A DNA stretch of 64,000 nt from an uncultured Planctomycetota bacterium (GTDB taxonomy: Bacteria; Planctomycetota; Planctomycetia; Isosphaerales; Isosphaeraceae), in contig CAWGMQ010000005.1 of the NCBI GenBank assembly GCA_963823665.1, positions 512,001-576,000 on the forward strand. Direction: 5' to 3'. Shown piece by piece: positions 19,474 through 29,417 of this stretch. Below the pieces are notes generated by a model that saw only the letters and a program-made list of their open reading frames with translations, was not told the origin of the DNA and did no database searches. The number at the start of each line of letters is the position of its first letter. Position 1 is the first letter of the stretch. Both the position numbers and the translations under genes were made by a program.

Positions 19474-22400
19474 ATGTTCAAACTTCCTTTCGTGGCCCGC
19501 TCGCAACCGTCGCGACCCCAGAACCAGCCCCTCAGCCCCCGGACTGCGGAGAAGTCCTCGCGGCTGCGCGGCGCGACCGTCACGGACGGGCTCTGTCCCT
19601 ACTGTGCCGTTGGCTGCAGCCAGCTCCTCTACACCAAGGCCGGCCAGCTCATTGACATCGAAGGCGACCCGCGTAGCCCGATCAACGAAGGCACTCTCTG
19701 CCCAAAGGGCTCGAACGCGTTGCTCCTGGCCCTCAACCCGCATCGCATGAAATCCGTGCTCTATCGGGCTCCCTACTCCGACAAATGGGAGACCAAGACC
19801 CTCGACTGGGCGCTCGACCAGATCGCCCAGCGGGTCAAGGCGGCGAGAGATGCCGACTTCACGGTGCGCGATGAGGCAGGTCGCACGCTCAATTCGGTCA
19901 GGAACATGGGGTCGCTCGGCGGTGCAACGTTGAACGTCGAAGACAACTACCTGATCAAGAAGCTGTTCTGCGGCGGGCTGGGAGTGGTCTCGGTCGAGAA
20001 CCAGGCCCGAACTTGACACTCCGCCTCGGTGCCCGGTCTGGGCGCCTCGCTCGGCCGCGGTGCGGCCACCAATTATCAGCAGGATCTGCCGAACAGCGAT
20101 TGCATCCTGTTCATGGGCTCGAACATGGCAGAGGCCCACCCCGTCGGGTTCCGCTGGCCCATGAAGGCCAAGGAACACGGCGCCACGTTGATCCACGTCG
20201 ACCCGCACTTCTCGCGGACGTCGGCGCTCTGCGACCTGTACGTCCCGATCCGGGCCGGCTCCGACATCGCGTTCTTGGGCGGCATGATCAACTACGTCCT
20301 GACCCACGAGCGCTGGTTCAAGGAATACGTCCTCCATTACACCAACGCGGCGACGCTGATCCAGGAGGGCTTCCAGGACACCGAGGACCTGGGCGGTCTG
20401 TTCAGCGGTCTCGACCCGGAAACCGGCGTCTATGACCCGGTGGGCGGACACTGGGGCTACGAGGGCTCGCTTGGTGACCGCGGCAGGCGGGACGGCCGCG
20501 ACGAGGAGCCCGGTGCCGACCGGTCCGACTCCCCGGACATCTCGCCGGAGAACCGCAAGGGAATCCACGGCTACGCCATCGACGGCGGCGCCCAGCCGCA
20601 CGACGCATCGCGGTCGGAGCCGACATCCGAAGTCAACGGCCAGCCGCCACGCGACCCAACCCTGCAGCATCCCCGTTGCGTCTTCCAGATCCTGAAGCGC
20701 CATTTCTCCCGGTACACGCCGGAGATGGTCTCCCAGGTGTGCGGTTGCTCGCCGGAGCAGTTCACGCGCGTTGCCGAGCTTCTCTGCGCCAACTCGGGCC
20801 GCGAGCGGACGAGCGTCCTGGTCTACGCCCTGGGGTGGACGCAGCATGCCGCGGTGCGCAGATGATCCGAGCCGGGGGGATCTTGCAGCTCCTGCTCGGC
20901 AACATCGGCCGTCCGGGTGGCGGTATCCTGGCCATGCGAGGCCATTCCAGCATCCAGGGCTCGACGGACATCGGGACGTTGTATGACGTCCTGCCCGGCT
21001 ATCTGCCCCAGCCCGCGGCCAGCGGGGCCCATGACACGCTCGATTCCTACGTCGCGCGAAGCGGTATGGCCGCCGGCTACTGGTCCCACTTCCGCGATTA
21101 CATCGTCAGCCTGCTCAAGGCGTGGTACGGCGACGCCGCGCGACCCGAGAATGATTTCCGGTACAACTGGCTGCCCCGCATCGAGCGCGATCACTCGCAA
21201 TTGCCGACCTTCAACCGCATGGCCCAGGGCGAGCTGAAGGGCTACTTCCTCTTCGGCCAGAACCCCGGCGGCGGCGGACTGAATGCGGGACTTCACCGCG
21301 CCGGGCTGCGTAACCTGGACTGGCTCGTCGTGGCCGACTGGTTCGAGACCGAGAGCGCCACGTTCTGGAAGAACGACCCAGCCGCACCGCCGCCGTCCGA
21401 GATCAAGACCGAGGTCTTCGTCCTCCCGGCCGCGGCCAATCCGGAGACCGACGGCACGCTGACCAACACCCAGCGGCTGCTCCAGTGGCACACCAAGGCG
21501 ATCGACCCGCCCGGCGACTGCCGCTCCGATTCCTGGTTCGTATACAACCTCGGCAAGCGGCTCAAGCAGCTCTACGCCGGCTCGACCGATCCCAAGGATC
21601 AGCCCCTGCTGAACCTCACCTGGGACTACGACTACGAGGAACAACCGCGGCTCCCCGACGGCTCGATCAGTCGCATCGCGGGTGATGCCGACGCCGAAAA
21701 AATCCTGATGGAGATGAACGGCTACAAGCTCGACGAAATCGACCCACGCACCGGCCGGCCGCGCCTGCTGAAAGGCTTCTCGGAACTTCAGGGCGACGGC
21801 ACCACCGCATGCGGCATCTGGATCTACAGCGGCGTCTTCCCCGAGCCGGGTCGCAACCGGGCGCGGCAGCGCAAGCGATCCGACAACCCGCTCGAGCCGG
21901 ACTGGGGATTCGCCTGGCCCGATAACCGCCGCGTGCTCTTCAACCGCGCGTCGGCCGATCCCGAGGGCCGGCCCTGGTCCCAGCGGAAGAAGCTCGTTTG
22001 GTGGGATGCCGAGAAGAGTCTCTGGGTGGGCCTCGACCGGCCGGATTTCGAGCCGAGCAAGCCGCCCGACTATCGCCCGTCGGCCGGCGCGACCGGCATG
22101 GCGGCCATCGCCGGCGACAATCCGTTCATCATGAAGCCCGACGGCGTCGCCTGGCTCTTCGCCCCAACCGGCGTCAAGGACGGCCCCCTGCCGACGCACT
22201 ACGAGCCCATCGAGTCGCCGGTCAGCAACCTGCTCTATCCCAATCACATGTGTACGCCGGGAGTGCGCCTCTTCCCGGGACCTCGCAATCGTCTGGCACA
22301 TACGCCCGAGACCGAGTTCCCCGTCGTGGCCACCACCTACCGGCTCACCGAGCACTACCTGAGCGGGCCGATGAGCCGGTTCAATTCCTGGCTCAACGAA

Positions 22401-22823
22401 TTGCAGCCCGAGATGTTCATCGAGATGAGCCCGGAGCTGGCCGCCGAGCGCGGGATCATCCACGGCGGCTGGGTGACGGTCACCACGGCGCGGGGCCGCA
22501 TCGACGTGCGCACGATGGTGACCAGGAGGATGCGACCGCTCGTCGTGAGCGGACGAGTGGTCCATCAGGTCGGCCTCCCGTTCCATTGGGGGTTCGCCGG
22601 ACAGGTCGTCGGAGGCAATGCCAACGACCTGACCTCCCTGGTCTGCGAGCAGAACACGAGCATGCACGAGGGAAAGTCTTTTGCCTGCCAGGTCGAGCCT
22701 GGAAGGCGCAACGGGCACACTTTGAAACCGACCGTGTCATTCGTGACCTGGCCCAACCGCAAACCCATACCCGATACGCCCGCCTCGGCCCAGCCGGAAG
22801 GGATATTCACCCATGGGCATTAG
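19474..22823 (+). CDS. fdnG: Selenocysteine formate dehydrogenase alpha subunit (FdnG/FdoG type); Sec at 20014-20016; frameshift near 20852
   Basis: CPYCAVGC...LCPKG; NQART-UGA-HS matches FdnG NQARxUH; GSNMAEAHP; RGHSSIQGSTD; TTYRLTEH. Confidence 0.92.
20028..20046 (+). promoter_or_regulatory. Bacterial SECIS hairpin
   Basis: GGTGCCC-GGTCT-GGGCGCC stem-loop beginning 11 nt after the in-frame TGA; GGUCU loop as in E. coli fdhF SECIS. Confidence 0.88.
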
Positions 22824-23851
22824 AGGAGCTCGAGCTGGCGGATCTGCCACAGACCGGCGACCCGCCCATCGGGCCGCTCGCTGCGATCATCAATCGCCTC
22901 ACCTGGCCGTTCCGCTACGGTCATGTTGAGCCCCAGCCGTCCACCGGCTTCTACACGGATACCACCGTCTGCATCGGCTGCAAGGCGTGCGAGGTCGCCT
23001 GCAAACAATGGAATCAGCTCGCCGCCGACGGGCTCGAGTGGACGGGCAACAGCTACGACAACACGGCTGAACTCTCGGCGACATCCTGGCGGCATGTCAA
23101 ATTCATCGAGCAGTTCGCCGCGAATCGACGGCCCTCAGGCCAACATGCAGCCGATCCGGCGGCAACGAGCCACGAACTGACACTTGACCATTTGCTGAAC
23201 GGGGGTGGGCCGAGTCGGTGTGGGGAGTTTCCCGCGGCAACGAGCCACGAACTGACCCTTGACCAGTTGCTGAATGGCGGCGGGGCCGGTCGGTGGTTGA
23301 TGATGAGCGACGTCTGCAAGCACTGCGTCGCCGCCCCTTGCCAGCACGCGTGCCCCACGGGCGCCATCATCTATAACGAGTTCGCGAACGTCTACATCCA
23401 GCGCGACATCTGCAATGGCTGCTCGTATTGCATCGCGGCCTGCCCGTTCGGGGTCATCACGCGCAGCGATTTCGATGGCCATTCGCACAAATGCACGCTC
23501 TGCTACGACCGCCAGAAGGACGGCCTCGTCCCGGCCTGTGCCAAGGCCTGCCCGACCGCGTCGATTCAGTTCGGCCCGATCGACGAGCTCCGCGAGCGGG
23601 CACGGAACCGGGTCCAGGAGCTTCACGCTCAGGGCGTCACGGGAGCATACCTTTACGGCGAACAGCCCACCGAGACCTATAGCGATCTCCATTCGTTCTA
23701 CCTGCTCGTCGATCGTCCGGCCGTCTACGGACTCCCGGATGCGCCCTTCAACCCGTGGCTCCACATGCTCGCAGATTACGGCAGGACCCTCGCCAGCGCG
23801 CTGGCCACGGTCGCCGTGATTCTCGCATTGCTATTGCTCCAGGAGGCATGA
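22813..23851 (+). CDS. fdnH: Formate dehydrogenase beta (4x[4Fe-4S]) subunit with C-terminal TM helix; start needs a 1-nt correction
   Basis: CIGCKACEVAC, CKHC....C..ACP, CNGCSYCIAACP, CTLC...PACAKACP. Confidence 0.85.
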
Positions 23852-23852
23852 C

Positions 23853-24774
23853 GTGGGGGAGAACGACAGGGCGCAGGCGATCGAGCCCGGCTATCTGTCC
23901 CAGGACGTGACCAAGGTCCCGGGCTGGCACGGGCTCGTCGCCTGGGACTTGCTCTTCAATAACCTGACGACCGGGCTTTTCCTGTTCGCCGCGGTCACCG
24001 AGCTGGCCGCGCCTGCGCTATTCGGCCCCGTGGCCAGAGTGGCGTATCCAGTCGCGCTGGTCTTCCTGCTCACCGACCTGGTGATGCTGGTGGCCGACCT
24101 GGGCGATCCACTCCGCTTTCATCACATGCTCCGGGTGTTCAAGCCCACCTCGCCCATGTCACTGGGCACATGGAGCCTCACCATCTATTCACTGCCGCTG
24201 ACCTTGATCGTGGCGGTCGAAGCGGCGCAAGTGCTCCACCTGCTGCCGAGCGAGTCGACGGCGCTGGAATGGGTTCGCAAGGCGGCGGTGGTCTTCGGTC
24301 TCCTGCCGGCCTTCGGCTCCGTGGCGTACAAGGGAGTGCTCTTCAGCACGTGCTCGCAGCCCGGCTGGAAGGATGCCCGCTGGCTGGGCGGTTTCATGGC
24401 TAATTCCGCACTCATGTTGGGTAGCGCCCAGTTGCTCGCCATCTCGGTGCTGACGGGAGACGCGCGGGCCGCCGCCGCTCTGAGCACCATCGTCGCGGTG
24501 CTCGCCGTACTCAGCCTGATCCCGACCGGTTTCGTCTTCCTGGAAATTCGCGAGACCCTCGCGCGAATTTACAGCGACCAGCAGATTTACCGTGCCCTTT
24601 CGCTCACCTTGGTCGCAGGTACGCTGGTGCCGGTGATCCTCCTGCTCGCCGGAGATGGCGCTCCTTGCGCTGGGCGCGGTGTTGCTCATTGTACTCGGTG
24701 CCTTCGCTGTTCGTTCGCTGTTTCTCAAGATACCGCACGCTTCTCACGAGAGTCGATCGAGGGACAAGGCCTGA
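23853..24774 (+). CDS. nrfD: NrfD/PsrC-family membrane anchor; frameshift near 24658
   Basis: LVADLGDPLRF...SPMSLGTW; true last helix LLALGAVLLIVLGAFAVR in shifted frame, stop at 24772-24774. Confidence 0.82.
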
Positions 24775-24881
24775 TTCCGGATGCGGAACCTCGAAATGGG
24801 GAACCTGCATTCTCTTCGTGGCCGCCACAACTAGAAGAGTTCGATGATGCAAAGCGGATGGATCGCTGGGGAGGGCACGTC

Positions 24882-26207
24882 ATGACCGATGCAGTGCTAT
24901 GGCATCGCATCCAGTTTGCCTTTACGATTACTTATCATTATCTGTTCCCCCAATTGACGATGGGGCTGGCCCTGCTCATCGTGGTATTCAAGTCGCTCGC
25001 CCTGTGGCTTCGCAACGAGTCGTACAACGAGGTTGCCCGCTTCTGGGCGCGGATCTTCGCCGTCAACTTCGCCATGGGCGTGGTGACCGGAATCCCGATG
25101 GAATTCCAGTTCGGCACCAACTGGGCGGCGTTCTCCCGTTTCTCTGGCGCAGTAGTCGGCCAGGCCCTGGCGATCGAGGGTCTCTTCGCGTTCTTCCTCG
25201 AGTCCGCGTTCCTGGGGCTGTTCCTCTTCGGCGAAAAGCGGCTCGGCTCGAGGGGGCATCTCGCGACAGCCGTCGCCTTGACCCTGGGCTCCTGGATGTC
25301 GGGCTACTTCATCATCGTCGCCAACGCCTTCATGCAGCACCCGGTCGGCTACCGGCTGGGAGAGGACGGAGTGCTCCATCTCGAGAGTTTCCGGGCCTAC
25401 ATCCTCAACCCCTGGGCGCTCTGGCAGTATGCCCACAACATGCTGGCCTCGGTCGTCACGGCGTCGTTCGTCGTGGCCGCCGTGGGAGCCTACTGGTCGC
25501 TCTTGGGCCAGCACACGCGCCACGCCGGGATCTGCCTGCGCGTGGGAGTGATCGCCGGGCTCGTCTCGAGCCAGCTCGTCGCCTTCCCGGCCGGTGACGG
25601 CGCCGGCAAGATGGTGGCAAAGCATCAGCCGGTCACGCTCGCGGCAATGGAGGGGCTGTTCGAAGGCGGACCGTACGCCGAGCTCGCCATCATCGGCCAG
25701 CCCGACGTCGCCGCCCGCAAGCTGGAGAACCCGATCGTCGTTCCCTGGATCCTCAGTTTCCTCTGCTACGGGTCGTTCGGAAGCACCGTCCACGGGTTGA
25801 ACGACTTCCCGCAGGACCAGTGGCCGCAGAACATCGAGTTGCTTTACTACAGTTATCACATCATGGCAGGGCTCGGGACGCTCTTCATCCTGACGATGGG
25901 AGTCGCAACGTTGCTCCTGTGGCGTGGGCGGTTGGCGACGACGCGCCCGATGCTCTGGGTGCTGATGCTGGCGTTTCCGTTCCCCTACATCGCGACGACC
26001 GCCGGCTGGTGGACCGCCGAGCTGGGCCGCCAGCCATGGGTGATCTACGGCCTCATGCGCACGGCCGACGCCCACTCGAAACTGGTCAATCCAGGCGACG
26101 TTGTCTTCACGGTGCTGGGCTTCGCCGGCCTTTACTTGCTCCTTGGCATGCTCTTCGTCATCCAGGTCCTCAAAGAGATCAACCGCGGTCCGGCCGCGTC
26201 GCATTAG
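24882..26207 (+). CDS. cydA: Cytochrome bd quinol oxidase subunit I (short Q-loop)
   Basis: RIQFAFT..YHYLF, EFQFGTNW, ANAFMQHP, ELGRQPW; GGAGGG RBS. Confidence 0.95.
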   Translation: MTDAVLWHRIQFAFTITYHYLFPQLTMGLALLIVVFKSLALWLRNESYNEVARFWARIFAVNFAMGVVTGIPMEFQFGTNWAAFSRFSGAVVGQALAIEGLFAFFLESAFLGLFLFGEKRLGSRGHLATAVALTLGSWMSGYFIIVANAFMQHPVGYRLGEDGVLHLESFRAYILNPWALWQYAHNMLASVVTASFVVAAVGAYWSLLGQHTRHAGICLRVGVIAGLVSSQLVAFPAGDGAGKMVAKHQPVTLAAMEGLFEGGPYAELAIIGQPDVAARKLENPIVVPWILSFLCYGSFGSTVHGLNDFPQDQWPQNIELLYYSYHIMAGLGTLFILTMGVATLLLWRGRLATTRPMLWVLMLAFPFPYIATTAGWWTAELGRQPWVIYGLMRTADAHSKLVNPGDVVFTVLGFAGLYLLLGMLFVIQVLKEINRGPAASH

Positions 26208-26217
26208 GACACCGACC

Positions 26218-27306
26218 ATGGAAGCAGCCTGGTTCGTGATCATCTCGGGTATGCTCGCGGCTTATGCGGTGCTCGACGGCTTCGACTTCGGCGTCGGCGC
26301 CATCCACCGAATCGTCGCCCGCACCGATCTTGAGCGGCGGACCGTGCTGGCGGCGATCGGCCCGATCTGGGACGGCAACGAGGTCTGGCTGATCGCGGCC
26401 GGCGGCGCGTTGTTCGTGGCCTTCCCGAATGTCTACGCAACCGCGTTCAGCGGCTTCTACATGGCCCTTTTCGTCGTACTCTGGCTGCTGATCCTGCGTG
26501 GCATGGCGATCGAGCTCCGCTCGCACCAGGACCATCCCCTCTGGCGGGAATTTTGGGATTCGGTCTTCATGTTCGCGTCGGGGCTGCTTGCCGTGGTGTT
26601 CGGCACGACCCTCGGCAACCTGATTCGCGGAGTTCCGCTCGGAAAAGACGGGCTGCGGGGTATGCCGCTATTTACGAACTTCCTGATCGGCGGCCAGCCG
26701 GGAATCCTCGACTGGTACACCGCGCTCGTTGGCCTGTTCACGCTCGTGGCTCTGGCAGTCCACGGCGCCTTCTACCTTGCATGGAGAACCACCGGGCCCG
26801 TGCGGGACCGCAGCCTGGCGTTCGCGCGCCAGGCGTGGAAGATCGCGCTCGTCCTGTGGGTGGCCGCCACGGCCGCGACCCTATGGGTGCGGCCCGAAGT
26901 CTTCTCGGGCCTCGCCTCACGTCCCTGGGCGTTCCCATTCGTCGGCATCGCAATCGCCGGGGCCTGGGGTGCTTTCCGGTTTCCGCGACTCGGCCAAGAC
27001 CTCGCGGCATTCCTCTCGTCGTCCGCGTTCCTGCTCGGCATGCTGGCCGCGACACTCGCGGGCCAATACCCGTACTGGCTGCGGTCGACCCTCGACCCGT
27101 CCTACAGTCTCACCGCCTTGAACTCGGCCTCCGACCACTACGGGCTGCGCGTAGCCCTGACCTGGTGGCCCGTCGGGATCGCGCTGGTCGCCGTCTATTT
27201 CACGTTCCTGTTTCGCTGGATACGGGGTAAGGTCAACGTGGAAGCTGAGCCGTCGCACGGGTCAGCCGTCGCCGGAGCGGTACATCCGACCGAAGAACGG
27301 ATCTGA
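26218..27306 (+). CDS. cydB: Cytochrome bd quinol oxidase subunit II
   Basis: YAVLDGFDFGVG, IGPIWDGNEVWL. Confidence 0.95.
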   Translation: MEAAWFVIISGMLAAYAVLDGFDFGVGAIHRIVARTDLERRTVLAAIGPIWDGNEVWLIAAGGALFVAFPNVYATAFSGFYMALFVVLWLLILRGMAIELRSHQDHPLWREFWDSVFMFASGLLAVVFGTTLGNLIRGVPLGKDGLRGMPLFTNFLIGGQPGILDWYTALVGLFTLVALAVHGAFYLAWRTTGPVRDRSLAFARQAWKIALVLWVAATAATLWVRPEVFSGLASRPWAFPFVGIAIAGAWGAFRFPRLGQDLAAFLSSSAFLLGMLAATLAGQYPYWLRSTLDPSYSLTALNSASDHYGLRVALTWWPVGIALVAVYFTFLFRWIRGKVNVEAEPSHGSAVAGAVHPTEERI

Positions 27307-27341
27307 CCTCAATTTCATCGAAATAGCGGAGCACGCCCAAC

Positions 27342-28095
27342 GTGTTTGACGCGTTTGAGTTGCGACCTCGATCCGGACCAGATCCGAAACATCGACTGGA
27401 TGCCAGCAAGATCGTCGAAACGGCGAAGAACCTCGCCGATGACATTAACACTCGGCTGCCGGGGAGCAGCCTGGCCGGGCTCGCTGAGGAGCTGACCAGG
27501 GTCGCGGTCGCGACTCGTACGCGAGGACGGCACGCGCGCCGGCCAATCCTGGCCATCAGGGCGGTCTCCGCCCTGGCGATCGGCCTGGCCCTCGTGGGGC
27601 TCTGGTATCTCGCCTGGCATCTCCACGCGAGGTGGGACTTCGGCAGCACGATCGGCGAGCTCTTCGGGGCGATCACCGCCGGGTTCAACCTCCTGGTCCT
27701 CCTCGCCGGCGCCCTGTGGTTCTGCGTGACCCTCGAGGCCCGGTTCAAGCGCAAGGAGGCTCTGGGGTACATCCAGGAGCTGCGCGAGTTCGCTCACGTC
27801 ATCGACGTGACCCAGCTCTACTACACCCCGAACCTGTACCAATCTCGCCAGGGGACCGCGCCCGGCAAGACGGCCATCGACGAGACCTACCTGCTCTACT
27901 GCACGCAGATGCTCGGCGTGATCAGCAACCTCGCGCCCCTCTACTCGCGTGGGGCGACCGGCGACTCGATCCTGCGCGGCATCGGAAGTCCAAATGCTCG
28001 CGATGGCCATTGCCACCAAGCATCTGGCCAAGGCCGAGGCCGCACGCAGGATGAGCGAGGAACTCCCAGGGTCGGGCCCGGAACCGGGCGGATGA
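27342..28095 (+). CDS. Hypothetical two-TM membrane protein; frameshift near 27978
   Basis: Two hydrophobic helices; ELREFAHVID; shifted frame continues SEVQMLAMAIATKHL to TGA at 28093. Confidence 0.6.
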
Positions 28096-28214
28096 CATTT
28101 CGCGAGGCCCCCTCGTGCAATTCGTCGGTCCCTGCTACCAAGACCCAGCAGGCAATTGACTCGAGCGCTGCTATACTGAAGTCATCGATCGATCATCGCC
28201 GAGGTGGACCAGCC

Positions 28215-28715
28215 TTGACTACCCTTACGATCACTCGCCGATTACCAACCCGCGCGGTGCGCCCTCGCGTGGTCATCCTCACTCTGCTGATCGCAGCCGG
28301 CGTCCTTGTGCCACTGATTGTGATGAGCTCTTTCGGAGGATCGCCCTCTTACGAGTACGAAATTCGCGGCACCGTCAAGAGTGCGTCGGACGGCACGCCT
28401 CTGAGCGGAGTGATCGTCGCGCTCAAATTAAATCCCCTGGGCCGTGCGACGAAGTCGGCCTGCGAAACGCTGCACCGCTTGGAGGTATCAAAGGCAGACG
28501 GTTCATTCCTGGTGCAAGCCCATATCAATGAGTACGAGTTCAGCCGCCTGCCCAGGTGGGTCCTGCACCTGACCAAGCCCGGCTACGAAGAGACGATCAT
28601 GGATATCAGCCAGCACGGAGCGCCCAAATCCGGTTCGTCCCCTTACTTGATCGCTGTCGCGGCCCACTTACGTCCCAGCGCATCCGACGCCGCGCCGCAG
28701 CCATCCGTCCGTTAG
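28215..28715 (+). CDS. Membrane-anchored carboxypeptidase-regulatory-like (beta-sandwich) protein
   Basis: TM helix then IRGTV..DGTPLSGV.V...ADGSF...KPGY. Confidence 0.55.
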   Translation: MTTLTITRRLPTRAVRPRVVILTLLIAAGVLVPLIVMSSFGGSPSYEYEIRGTVKSASDGTPLSGVIVALKLNPLGRATKSACETLHRLEVSKADGSFLVQAHINEYEFSRLPRWVLHLTKPGYEETIMDISQHGAPKSGSSPYLIAVAAHLRPSASDAAPQPSVR

Positions 28716-29164
28716 CCACCGTCGTCGCGATTCGCCGGAGGCATACCGACCCGCCTGCCCTCGACCAGTACAGACAGCAATTCCGCGAATGAAACGGGCT
28801 TGACCAGGAAATGATCAAACCCGACCTCCTTTGCCCGCGAGCGTGACTCCGCGGAGCCATAGGCGCTAAACGCGACGAGGATCATGGACTCGAATTTGGC
28901 GTCCGCCCGCAAACGGCGAGCGACCTCGTAGCCGTCGATGTCGGGGAGCCCGATGTCAAGCAGCACGACGTTCGGCTCAAACTCCGACGAAATCTTGAGG
29001 GCCTCGAACCCATCGGCTGCGGTCGCGACCTCGAATCCGGCCGATCGAATCATCTTGGCACAGACCCGAGCGGTGTCCAGATAATCATCCACGACCAGCA
29101 CCCGCGCTCCCCAGCGCGGGCCATCAGCGCCTTCACCACTTTTTAGTTCACTCGGGCCACGCAT
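28712..29164 (-). CDS. Stand-alone response regulator receiver
   Basis: VLVVDD, LLDIGLPDIDG, LVKP. Confidence 0.92.
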   Translation of the reverse strand: MRGPSELKSGEGADGPRWGARVLVVDDYLDTARVCAKMIRSAGFEVATAADGFEALKISSEFEPNVVLLDIGLPDIDGYEVARRLRADAKFESMILVAFSAYGSAESRSRAKEVGFDHFLVKPVSFAELLSVLVEGRRVGMPPANRDDGG

Positions 29165-29417
29165 GATTTGATAATCGCGACGGTATCACCGCGAAGGCTG
29201 ACGACGTAATCACTTATGGGAGAATACCCGCTCGAACGGTTGCCGCGAATTGTTCAAGACTATGGCACGCAACTTGGGTGCCAACCTGCGCTCCCAACTT
29301 CAGCCCTTGGCACCTTGACCTTGATTCGGCACGCAGAATGCGTGGCTTCCGAACTCATCATTCAGAAGCTTCCCTCCAGAACGACACCAATTGCCGGCAA
29401 CCCCTTGCGGAGGCGAG

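Noticed and set aside
19474..20865. FDH alpha as split gene or nonsense pseudogene at 20014
   Set aside because: TGA is at the catalytic Sec position with a SECIS, and selB is present
20823..22718. Long antisense ORFs (also 31783..33225, 49718..51676)
   Set aside because: Shadow frames of recognisable genes in high-GC DNA, no motifs
23853..26207. Apparent 784-aa NrfD-CydA fusion
   Set aside because: The final NrfD helix and stop lie in a shifted frame (24661..24774), the linker is not protein-like, and cydA has its own RBS and ATG at 24882
27342..28715. Single 457-aa ORF
   Set aside because: Better explained as two genes joined by a frameshift near 27978
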